DNA from: a virus
Lineage: Duplodnaviria; Caudoviricetes
Reading direction: 5' to 3' (one strand)
IMG/VR virus record: IMGVR_UViG_3300012940_000043
Coordinates: 1 to 45,352 of that record
Length of the DNA: 45,352 bases
Below, in pieces: positions 1 through 6,875 of the stretch (its first letter is position 1; each line of letters opens with the position of its first letter). Below the pieces are notes generated by a model, which worked only from the letters and a program-made list of their open reading frames with translations, was not told the DNA's origin and searched no databases. The position numbers and the translations under genes were made by a program.

Positions 1-31
1 CCGCGCCGGGGCCCCAGGCCCCGCGCCCGGG

Positions 32-121
32 GGTGAGGTGGCCGAGTGGTTGAAGGCGCACGCCTGGAACGCGTGTATACGGGAAACCGTATCGAGGGTT
101 CGAATCCCTCTCTCACCGCCA
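32..121 (+). tRNA. tRNA-Ser (anticodon GGA), host gene and integration target
   Basis: Acceptor stem GGTGAGG/TCTCACC, D-arm TGGCCGAGTGG, anticodon stem CACGC/GCGTG around CTGGAAC, long variable arm, GGTTCGAATCC T-loop, encoded CCA. Confidence 0.97.
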
Positions 122-123
122 CC
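110..123 (+). repeat. attL core CTCTCACCGCCACC (tRNA 3' end)
   Basis: Identical 14-mer at 45230-45243. Confidence 0.93.
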
Positions 124-125
124 CT

Positions 126-142
126 CCTGTAGGAATTTCAAC
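126..142. repeat. attP inverted-repeat arm CCTGTAGGAATTTCAAC
   Basis: Reverse complement, with 1 mismatch, of GTTGAATTTCCTACAGG at 45204-45220. The two flank the core in the reconstituted attP. Confidence 0.75.
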
Positions 143-229
143 CAGTTAGGCCGAATTTCCAGATCGTGCCGCCGGCACGGACCTCTGGCACACCGGCTTG
201 GCACGTTTGGCACACCCACGGAGGACCCC

Positions 230-331
230 ATGAAGACCCCCGATCCGCCGCCCCCGCCGCCCCCGTGCTGGTCCGCCGCCCTGAGGGTGGTGAGCCGTGT
301 CCGGGAGCTGGAAAGACGGGCCGGCGCTTGA
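230..331 (+). CDS. Small hypothetical protein (33 aa, Pro-rich)
   Basis: GGAGG ahead of ATG230. Short and low-complexity. Confidence 0.3.
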   Translation: MKTPDPPPPPPPCWSAALRVVSRVRELERRAGA

Positions 332-377
332 GCCCGCATGGACTGGCGTCTACCTTCCGGGTCACCCGGAGGTTCCC

Positions 378-551
378 ATGTCCAAGCCCCACCACCAGCC
401 CGTCGAGTTCACCGACCGGCAACGCTGGGCGTTCGTCGTTGCGTTCATCCTCGGCGTCGTCGTCACGGCCGGCCTCGTCACCGAGTGGCCCGGCATCCTC
501 GGCCTGTCCCATCCGCAGGCTGCGCGGGTCGTGTACCTCAGCCCGCCCTGA
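378..551 (+). CDS. Small membrane protein (57 aa, one TM helix)
   Basis: GGAGG RBS, ATG378, hydrophobic stretch [18 protein letters not shown]. Confidence 0.6.
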   Translation: MSKPHHQPVEFTDRQRWAFVVAFILGVVVTAGLVTEWPGILGLSHPQAARVVYLSPP

Positions 552-568
552 ATTGTGTCGGACCCTTG
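550..568 (+). promoter_or_regulatory. Putative phage RNAP promoter GAATTGTGTCGGACCCTTG, copy 1
   Basis: Identical 19-mer at 550, 3343 and 14259, each at a gene boundary heading a functional block. Confidence 0.7.
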
Positions 569-619
569 GGGCCGAAGAATGAGGCCATCTCCTCAGGTTC
601 ACCCTGAGGTCAACCTACA

Positions 620-660
620 GAAGCCCCTGGTGGTCACCCGCCGGGGGCTTCGTCGTTTCT
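620..660 (+). terminator. Terminator-like hairpin upstream of the RNAP operon
   Basis: GAAGCCCCTGGTGG-TCAC-CCGCCGGGGGCTTC 14-bp stem followed by GTCGTTTCT (weak U-tract). Confidence 0.55.
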
Positions 661-670
661 GGAGAGACCA

Positions 671-880
671 GTGAGGCAAATGAAACCGTCCGACCTCCGC
701 ATCAGATGGGACCCGACGTGGCCGGGGCCTAACAGGTGGCACGTCGAGCGCCGCATCGGCATCTTCCCGTTCTGGGGGATGTGGGCCTACGAGAGCGGGC
801 ACCCGACCGAAGATGCCGCCCGCTGGGAGCTGAAGCGGATACTGCAGCCTTCGATCCTCATTCCTGGAGAAGCCGTCTGA
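671..880 (+). CDS. Hypothetical protein (69 aa, Trp-rich)
   Basis: GGAGAG RBS before GTG671. The stop overlaps the probable RNAP start (CTGA). Confidence 0.65.
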   Translation: MRQMKPSDLRIRWDPTWPGPNRWHVERRIGIFPFWGMWAYESGHPTEDAARWELKRILQPSILIPGEAV

Positions 881-3324
881 CCACAAACATCCGCGACAAG
901 ATACGCCAGCAACTGGAGCTGGAGGACGAGGCCCGCGCCCTCGGCGCTGACCGCTACCGCGCCCGCCGGCCCCTGCCGTGGCGCACCGAGGCGGCCGGTC
1001 AGGACGAGGAGGCCGAGCTGCCCCCGGGCCGTCAGCTCCTGAAGCTGTCGGTCGAGCCGACCGCCGCCGCCATCCGAGAGTTCGTGGACCGGATCAAGGC
1101 GGGCGGGGCGGGCAGGAGACCGCTCGCCCTGAAGCTCCTCGACCTCGCACCCGCCGAGGAGATCGCCTACCTGACCGGCCGGGTCGTCGTGAACTCGGCC
1201 GCCCACCGCCTGACCGCCCAACAGACGGCGTTCGCCATCGCCGCCGCCGTCACCGACCACGCCGAGATGCGTAACCTGAAGGAGGCCAACAAGGCCGGCT
1301 TCCAGGGGCTGCTCAAGGAGAACCAGCGCAAGAGCTACAGCTCCAAGCGCCGGGCGGCGGTGCGGGACATCATGGAGAAGGAGGGCGCGAAGGTCGCCCT
1401 GTCCCAGAACGAGCAGCTCAGCGGTGGCATGAAGGCCATCGAGCTGTTCTGCGAGGCGACCGGCCTGTTCGTCATGGAGCTGGAGCCCAGCCGCCGGGGG
1501 GAGGTCTACGTGATCCGCCCGACCGAGACGGTGCAGGGGTGGCTGGAGAAGCAGCACGCCCGATGCGAAATCCTGGAGCCCATCCACCTCCCCATGGTGG
1601 TCCGGCCCCGCCGCTGGCGGTCCCCCTTCTACGGGGGCTACCTGACCAAGCGGCCGGGCCTGCGCCTCGTGAAGCAGTGGAACCCCGCCTATCACTCCGA
1701 GCTGCGCCACGTCGACATGCCGGCCGTCTACGACGCCGTCAACGCGGTGCAGGACACCCCCTGGAGGATCAACCGCCGGGTCCTCGACGTGATGCGCGAG
1801 GTCTGGGACGGGGGCGGATCGCTCGGCGGCCTGCCCCTTCGGGAGGACGAGCCGCTGCCGGGCAAGCCGGCCGACTTCGAGACCAACGCCGAGGCCGCCA
1901 CGCGGTGGAAGGCGGACGCCGCCGCCACGCACCAGCGCAACGCCCACACCCTGAGCAAGCGACTGGCCGTCAGTCAGCGGCTGTGGATCGCCCAGAAGTT
2001 CGCCGAGGAGGAGGCCATCTACTTCCCCCACGAGCTGGACTTCCGCGGGCGCATCTACCCGATCCCCGTGGGTGGCCCGCACCCCCAGGGGGAAGACAGC
2101 GCGAAGGCCCTGCTGGAGTTCGCTGACGGCAAGCCCCTCGGGGAAGCCGGTGGGTTCTGGCTGGCGGTCCACCTCGCCAACTTGTTTGGGGTGGACAAGG
2201 TCGCCTTCCAGGACCGGCTCGCCTGGGTCTACGAGAACGAGGCCCGCATCCTGGACAGCGCCAGCAACCCCCTCGACGGGGAGCGGTTCTGGACCACGGC
2301 AGACAGCCCCTACTGCGCCCTGGCCGCCTGCATAGAGTGGGCGGGCTACGTGGAGCAGGGGGCGGACTTCGTGTCTCACATCCCGGTCGCCCTCGACGGG
2401 TCCAACTCGGGCCTGCAGCACTTCTCCGCCATGCTCCGTGACCCCACGGGTGCCCGCGCGGTGAACCTGCTGCCGACTGACCGGCCCCAGGACGTCTACA
2501 TGGAGGTGGCCACCAAGGCCCAGGCCCTGGTGGACAGCGACGACAGTCCCCAGGCCCAGCCGTGGAAGGGCGGCAGGGTCACCCGCAAGATCGCGAAGCG
2601 GCCTTGCATGACCTACTGCTACTCGGCCACCCGGTTCGGGATGCAGGGGATGATCCTGCAGACCCTGCGCGAGATCGACAAGGAGAACGCCGAGGCCGGC
2701 AAGCCGCCGCACCTGGGCGGGGCGGACAACTACCAAGCCGCCGTCTGGCTGTCGCACGTCCTGTGGAACGTCATCGGTGAGGTGGTGTCCGCCGCCTCGA
2801 CCGCGATGGAGTGGCTCCGCAACGCCGCCAAGGTGGCGAGCAGCGCGGACCAACCCATCTGGTGGACCACGCCGGACGGCCTGCCGATCCTCCAGGCGTA
2901 CCGCACGGTGGACGCGCGGGCGGTGCGAGTGTTCTACGGCGGCCGGAGGCTGGAACTAGTCGTGGCCGTCGACAATGAGAACATCGACCGGCGGGCACAG
3001 GCCAATGGCATCGCGCCCAACTTCGTCCACTCACTCGACGGTGCCCACCTCCGAGCAGTCGTGAACGAGCTGAAGCGGCGGGGCGTCAGCCACGTCGCCG
3101 TGATCCACGACAGCTTCGGCACCCACGCCGCAGACGCCGACACCCTGTCGCTCGTGCTGCGGTACACGTTCATCGACCAATACACCCCCGACATCCTCGC
3201 TGGGTTCCGGGATGAGCTGACCGACCAACTCCCCCCGGAAGTGGCCCAGGCCATCCCCGAACCGCCCCCTCCGGGGCCGCTCGACCTGAACGCTCTGGCC
3301 CAGGCGGACTACATGTTCGCCTGA
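877..3324 (+). CDS. gp1: T7-like single-subunit DNA-directed RNA polymerase (probable CTG start at 877; ORF open from 736)
   Basis: Motifs DFRGRIY, LDGSNSGLQHF (motif A), RKIAKRPCMTYCYS (motif B), PNFVHSLDG, IHDSFGT (motif C) and C-terminal YMFA. Confidence 0.97.
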   Translation: MTTNIRDKIRQQLELEDEARALGADRYRARRPLPWRTEAAGQDEEAELPPGRQLLKLSVEPTAAAIREFVDRIKAGGAGRRPLALKLLDLAPAEEIAYLTGRVVVNSAAHRLTAQQTAFAIAAAVTDHAEMRNLKEANKAGFQGLLKENQRKSYSSKRRAAVRDIMEKEGAKVALSQNEQLSGGMKAIELFCEATGLFVMELEPSRRGEVYVIRPTETVQGWLEKQHARCEILEPIHLPMVVRPRRWRSPFYGGYLTKRPGLRLVKQWNPAYHSELRHVDMPAVYDAVNAVQDTPWRINRRVLDVMREVWDGGGSLGGLPLREDEPLPGKPADFETNAEAATRWKADAAATHQRNAHTLSKRLAVSQRLWIAQKFAEEEAIYFPHELDFRGRIYPIPVGGPHPQGEDSAKALLEFADGKPLGEAGGFWLAVHLANLFGVDKVAFQDRLAWVYENEARILDSASNPLDGERFWTTADSPYCALAACIEWAGYVEQGADFVSHIPVALDGSNSGLQHFSAMLRDPTGARAVNLLPTDRPQDVYMEVATKAQALVDSDDSPQAQPWKGGRVTRKIAKRPCMTYCYSATRFGMQGMILQTLREIDKENAEAGKPPHLGGADNYQAAVWLSHVLWNVIGEVVSAASTAMEWLRNAAKVASSADQPIWWTTPDGLPILQAYRTVDARAVRVFYGGRRLELVVAVDNENIDRRAQANGIAPNFVHSLDGAHLRAVVNELKRRGVSHVAVIHDSFGTHAADADTLSLVLRYTFIDQYTPDILAGFRDELTDQLPPEVAQAIPEPPPPGPLDLNALAQADYMFA

Positions 3325-3327
3325 CGC

Positions 3328-3341
3328 CTGAGTTAGCCCAG
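3328..3341 (+). promoter_or_regulatory. Operator-like 14-mer CTGAGTTAGCCCAG abutting phage promoter copy 2
   Basis: Member of a family of about 10 CTG-N8-CAG quasi-palindromes at gene boundaries. Confidence 0.6.
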
Positions 3342-3342
3342 C

Positions 3343-3361
3343 GAATTGTGTCGGACCCTTG
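3343..3361 (+). promoter_or_regulatory. Putative phage RNAP promoter, copy 2 (DNA-metabolism genes)
   Basis: Exact 19-bp repeat directly after the RNAP gene, where T7-like class II promoters begin. Confidence 0.72.
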
Positions 3362-3389
3362 AGGCAGCACGCCTCACGACACGGAGACC

Positions 3390-3671
3390 ATGAACCTCAC
3401 CTCTGTTGCAGACCGCGTTCGCCATGCGAGCGAGGTTACGACCCTGCGCGAGCCCGCCTTCCGCATCATCGACCGCATCCAAGGTCTCGACCCCGCGGTC
3501 CAGTACCGCGCGCTCGCGCTCGCCTTCGTCGCCTGTTCCCAGGCGCTAGGCGTCGACCCCCACGAGATGGCCGCCCGCGCCGAGCGCCAGATGGCGCAGG
3601 CCGAAGGCCCGTTCACCTACCACGTCCAGGCCATCCGCGATTACGCCGCGGACGAGCTGGCTCACCGCTAA
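3390..3671 (+). CDS. Hypothetical phage protein (93 aa)
   Basis: GGAG RBS, GC3-rich codon usage, first gene after the promoter. Confidence 0.8.
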   Translation: MNLTSVADRVRHASEVTTLREPAFRIIDRIQGLDPAVQYRALALAFVACSQALGVDPHEMAARAERQMAQAEGPFTYHVQAIRDYAADELAHR

Positions 3672-3677
3672 GGCTCC

Positions 3678-4085
3678 ATGAAGATCACCATCCCCGTCAT
3701 CCGTAAGAACCACGTCGGCACCCGCTACCACTACGCCCCCGACGTGATCTTCCACGACAGCCGCCCGAACTCCTACGGCGGTCTCGTCAAGGAAGAAGCC
3801 ATCCACGAGTTCACCGTCGAGGCGAAGACCGTCTTCGTCTACGACTTCCGCGCAGCCGGTCGGATCAAGGCCGCGGGCGCGCTCGTCCTGGCCGCCACCG
3901 TCGGCTACATCGTCGTCCCTGTCGTGGTGGCGGCTGCCGCCATCGCGGACACCGTCATCGAGACCGCGTTCGCCATCAAGGAGATCGTGACCGACAACGC
4001 CACCTACGCCGGCTCCCTCGTCCGGGACCTCCAGGACGACACCAAGGCCGTGATCCGGGCCGTCGTCCGAGAGGTGGTGCGTTGA
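3678..4085 (+). CDS. Hypothetical protein with a hydrophobic segment (135 aa)
   Basis: Tight operon packing and phage-like codon usage. Confidence 0.75.
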   Translation: MKITIPVIRKNHVGTRYHYAPDVIFHDSRPNSYGGLVKEEAIHEFTVEAKTVFVYDFRAAGRIKAAGALVLAATVGYIVVPVVVAAAAIADTVIETAFAIKEIVTDNATYAGSLVRDLQDDTKAVIRAVVREVVR

Positions 4086-4252
4086 GCCTCGCGATCCGCG
4101 CCCTCCTCGCCAAGGCCGCCCGTGACGCCGTGCTGAACGGCGGTCCCGTCTCCACCGACATCCAGATGCAGCTCGCCGCCGAGGGCTACGACCTCGGCCG
4201 GCTGGAACGCGACGTCGAGCGCATCAACGCACAGCGCGCCGCCAACATCTGA
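4082..4252 (+). CDS. Hypothetical protein (56 aa, MSLAIRALLAKAARDAVLNGG...), not in the ORF track
   Basis: TTG start overlaps the upstream TGA (TTGA), GAGG RBS, fills the gap exactly. Confidence 0.65.
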   Translation: MSLAIRALLAKAARDAVLNGGPVSTDIQMQLAAEGYDLGRLERDVERINAQRAANI

Positions 4253-4270
4253 GTCAACCCAGCAGTCTAC

Positions 4271-4945
4271 ATGGCAAAGAACAACAAGACCGTCATCACC
4301 ACGCCGCGCGGGATCGCCGTGTGGCCGAACCTCAACGAGCCCAGCAAGAAATACAACAAGTACGAGTGCAAGCTGCGGCTCCTCGCCTCCGACCCGAAGG
4401 TCCAGGAGTTCGTCTCCCGCCTGGAGAAGATGCGGGACGACACCTACGACGCCAAGGTCGCCGAGCTGAAGGCCGAGAAGAAGGCCGCCCTGGCCCTGGA
4501 GCTGAAGAAGGGCGACGTCGTCAAGGTCGAGCGCGACCTGGAGACCGGCGAGGAGACCGGCTACCTGATCTTTGCCGCGTCCCTGAATGCCGGCGGGATC
4601 GTGAAGAACGGCCCCCGGGCCGGTCAGCCCTGGTCCCAGAAGCCGGACATCTTCGACGCCAAGGGCAACAAGCTGAAGAACCCCCCGCGCATCTGGGGCG
4701 GCTCGGAGCTGAAGCTGTCCGTCGAGGCCGAGGGCTACGTCAAGACCGACAAGACCGTGGTCGTCTCCATCGACCTCCGCGGCGCGCAAATCCTGAAGCT
4801 CGTCACGGGCGGCCAGCGGTCGTTCTCCGACTACGGCTTCCAGGAGGAGGACGGTGACGAGATCACCGACCAGCCGCTGTTCGAGGACGAGACCTCCGGG
4901 GACGAGTCCGGCTCGTCGGACGCCCCGAGGCATGACGACCTCTAA
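4271..4945 (+). CDS. gp2.5: Single-stranded DNA-binding protein (T7 gp2.5-like)
   Basis: TTPRGIAVWPNLNEP, PDIFDAKG, IWGGSELK motifs and an acidic C-terminal tail. Confidence 0.9.
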   Translation: MAKNNKTVITTPRGIAVWPNLNEPSKKYNKYECKLRLLASDPKVQEFVSRLEKMRDDTYDAKVAELKAEKKAALALELKKGDVVKVERDLETGEETGYLIFAASLNAGGIVKNGPRAGQPWSQKPDIFDAKGNKLKNPPRIWGGSELKLSVEAEGYVKTDKTVVVSIDLRGAQILKLVTGGQRSFSDYGFQEEDGDEITDQPLFEDETSGDESGSSDAPRHDDL

Positions 4946-5366
4946 GGAGCTGCGGCTCCAGTTCTTCCTGCCGCACGACCCGATGCCGACCCCCCGCCCG
5001 AAGATCGCGGCGCGGGGGCGGTTCGCCCACGCCTACTACCCCGCCGACTACTCGAAGTGGAAAGCGCGCGGGGCTGAGCTGGCGGTGGACGCGGTCGCGG
5101 CGGTGGGAGGAGTGCCGGGGGATCGGGCCGGTCCCATCACCCTCGGCGCTGAGTTCATCCTCACTCCCCCCAAGACCACCAAGTTGGCGTTCCCCAACCC
5201 GGACGTCGACAACTACCTCAAGGGCTTGATGGACACACTCACGGACAGCGGCGTCGTCTGGGACGACGACTGGCAAGTCCACGAGCTGATCCGGGTGAGG
5301 AAGCGGTGGGCCACCCCCGGCGAACCCCCGGGCACCCACGTCACCCTCCTCTACGAGAGACCATGA
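4932..5366 (+). CDS. rusA: RusA-family Holliday junction resolvase
   Basis: PTPRPK N-terminus and PDVDNYLKGLMDTL...WDDDWQV catalytic Asp pattern. Sits in the gp3 position. Confidence 0.8.
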   Translation: MTTSKELRLQFFLPHDPMPTPRPKIAARGRFAHAYYPADYSKWKARGAELAVDAVAAVGGVPGDRAGPITLGAEFILTPPKTTKLAFPNPDVDNYLKGLMDTLTDSGVVWDDDWQVHELIRVRKRWATPGEPPGTHVTLLYERP

Positions 5367-5533
5367 ACCGAGCCATGAGACGCGCCCGCGCGTCCAACAA
5401 GACCGGCCGCGGCCGGAAGTTCAGCCGCGCCCTGCGCGTCGGCAGCCTGTTCGGCCGCCTGTCCTACCTGCACCCCACCAAGGGGTGGCGCTTCCGCCAG
5501 TCTCCCATCGCGGCCCTGATGGAGCGCGTGTGA
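5363..5533 (+). CDS. Small basic hypothetical protein (56 aa)
   Basis: ATGA overlap with the upstream gene, GAGAG RBS. Confidence 0.6.
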   Translation: MNRAMRRARASNKTGRGRKFSRALRVGSLFGRLSYLHPTKGWRFRQSPIAALMERV

Positions 5534-5961
5534 GGATCATGCCGATGGCTACCGTGGACTACCTCGTGGTCCACTGCACCGCCTCCCCGCCGATGCGGGA
5601 GTTCGGCGCACGAGAGATCGACGCCGAGCACCGCAAGCGGGGCTACCGCTGCATCGGCTACCACTACGTCATCCGCCGGGACGGCAACATCGAGCGCGGC
5701 CGGTCGCGTCGCGAGCCTGGAGCGCACGCCGAGGGCTATGACCACCGCTCGCTGGGCATCGCCCTGGTGGGAGGAGCCGCCCCGGACGGGACCCCCGAGG
5801 CCAACTACACGCCGGCCCAGTACGACAGCCTGGAGAGCCTCCTGCGGAATATCGCCGAGGCCCTGCCCGAGGCCGCCGTGGTGGGACCGACCGACCTCGG
5901 CCTGAAGTCCCCGCCGCTGGGCTTCGACGTCCGGTCCTGGTGGGCCGAACGCAACACCTGA
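5530..5961 (+). CDS. gp3.5: T7 gp3.5-like N-acetylmuramoyl-L-alanine amidase fold, probably catalytically inactive
   Basis: LVVHCTAS, IGYHYVIRRDG.IE.GR, GAHAEG, SLGIALVGG are present. The C-terminal His and Cys zinc ligands are replaced by Pro. Exact start uncertain (5530, 5539 or 5545). Confidence 0.88.
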   Translation: MRIMPMATVDYLVVHCTASPPMREFGAREIDAEHRKRGYRCIGYHYVIRRDGNIERGRSRREPGAHAEGYDHRSLGIALVGGAAPDGTPEANYTPAQYDSLESLLRNIAEALPEAAVVGPTDLGLKSPPLGFDVRSWWAERNT

Positions 5962-5988
5962 GTCAGACCAGTCAACTAGAGAGAACCA

Positions 5989-6156
5989 ATGCAAATCGGC
6001 TTCTTCGGTCTCCTGACCATCGTCCTCGTCATCCTGAAGCTCACCCACGTCATCTCGTGGTCGTGGCTCCTGGTGTTCGCCCCGCTCGCCGTGGGCTTCG
6101 CCATCGGTGTCGTCATCGCCATCCTGGCGATCATCGCCGCCATCGTGGTGGGCTGA
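5989..6156 (+). CDS. Small phage membrane protein (55 aa, LKLTHVISWSW motif), not in the ORF track
   Basis: GAGAGA RBS, two hydrophobic helices, and a motif common in small phage membrane proteins. Confidence 0.75.
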   Translation: MQIGFFGLLTIVLVILKLTHVISWSWLLVFAPLAVGFAIGVVIAILAIIAAIVVG

Positions 6157-6159
6157 GCA

Positions 6160-6423
6160 ATGCAGAGAACCAAACCTCAGATCGTCGCCCAGCACCTCAA
6201 GATGCTCGGCCGGATCACCGACGCCACCGCCCGCGCCGCCTACGGCAGCTTCCGACTGGCGGACGCGATCTACCGCCTGCGGCACGACCCCAAGGCGCAG
6301 CGCCTGCTGCCGAAGGGTCACACCATCATCACCGTCCCCCGCGTGGACGTGATGGGCAACCCGTTCGCCGAGTACCGGCTGGTGCCGGCGGCCCAAGCCG
6401 AGAGGAGCCGCGCCCATGCGTGA
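6160..6423 (+). CDS. Helix-turn-helix DNA-binding protein (87 aa)
   Basis: HLKMLGRIT...A..AYGSFRLADAIYRLR resembles small phage winged-HTH proteins. Confidence 0.7.
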   Translation: MQRTKPQIVAQHLKMLGRITDATARAAYGSFRLADAIYRLRHDPKAQRLLPKGHTIITVPRVDVMGNPFAEYRLVPAAQAERSRAHA

Positions 6424-6571
6424 CCCCAACGGACGCACGCTCGTCCGCACCAAGACCACCATGCGGGCCGCTTTCGAGGAGTTCTTCGAGCGGCAGCTCG
6501 GGGCTCCCGTGAGCCTCCCGACCAAGTCCGGCCTGAAGACCGAGCCGGCGTGGCGGGTGACCCGCCGATGA
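6416..6571 (+). CDS. Hypothetical protein (51 aa, MRDPNGRTLVRTK...)
   Basis: GAGGAG RBS, overlaps the upstream stop. Confidence 0.55.
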   Translation: MRDPNGRTLVRTKTTMRAAFEEFFERQLGAPVSLPTKSGLKTEPAWRVTRR

Positions 6572-6617
6572 GCTTCGGCCTCCTCCGCACGTGCCTGCAA
6601 CTCTAACGGAGAACCCC

Positions 6618-6875
6618 GTGAAGAACCTGCTGAACACCATCGCGGCCCGCCTGGGCTACGTCACCATCGAGAGCTACAGCCGGGCCGTCGCCGCCCAGAG
6701 CCGGGCCGAGCGCCGGGCGTCCGCCGCCGAAAGCCGACTCGCGGACTTCTCCCACCGCGCCGCCTTCGGGCAGAGCCGGCGGGTCGGCAGCGTCGAGCGT
6801 GACATCGACTACGCGACCGGCGAGCGCCGGCTGTCCGGCACCTACGCTCTGAGGCCCCCCGCCTTCTCCCTGTGA
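6618..6875 (+). CDS. Hypothetical protein (85 aa)
   Basis: GGAGA RBS before GTG6618, GTGA overlap with the primase gene. Confidence 0.65.
   Translation: MKNLLNTIAARLGYVTIESYSRAVAAQSRAERRASAAESRLADFSHRAAFGQSRRVGSVERDIDYATGERRLSGTYALRPPAFSL

Noticed and set aside
38-331. 97-aa ORF starting [10 protein letters not shown]
   Set aside because: It is a translation of the tRNA-Ser gene and att region.
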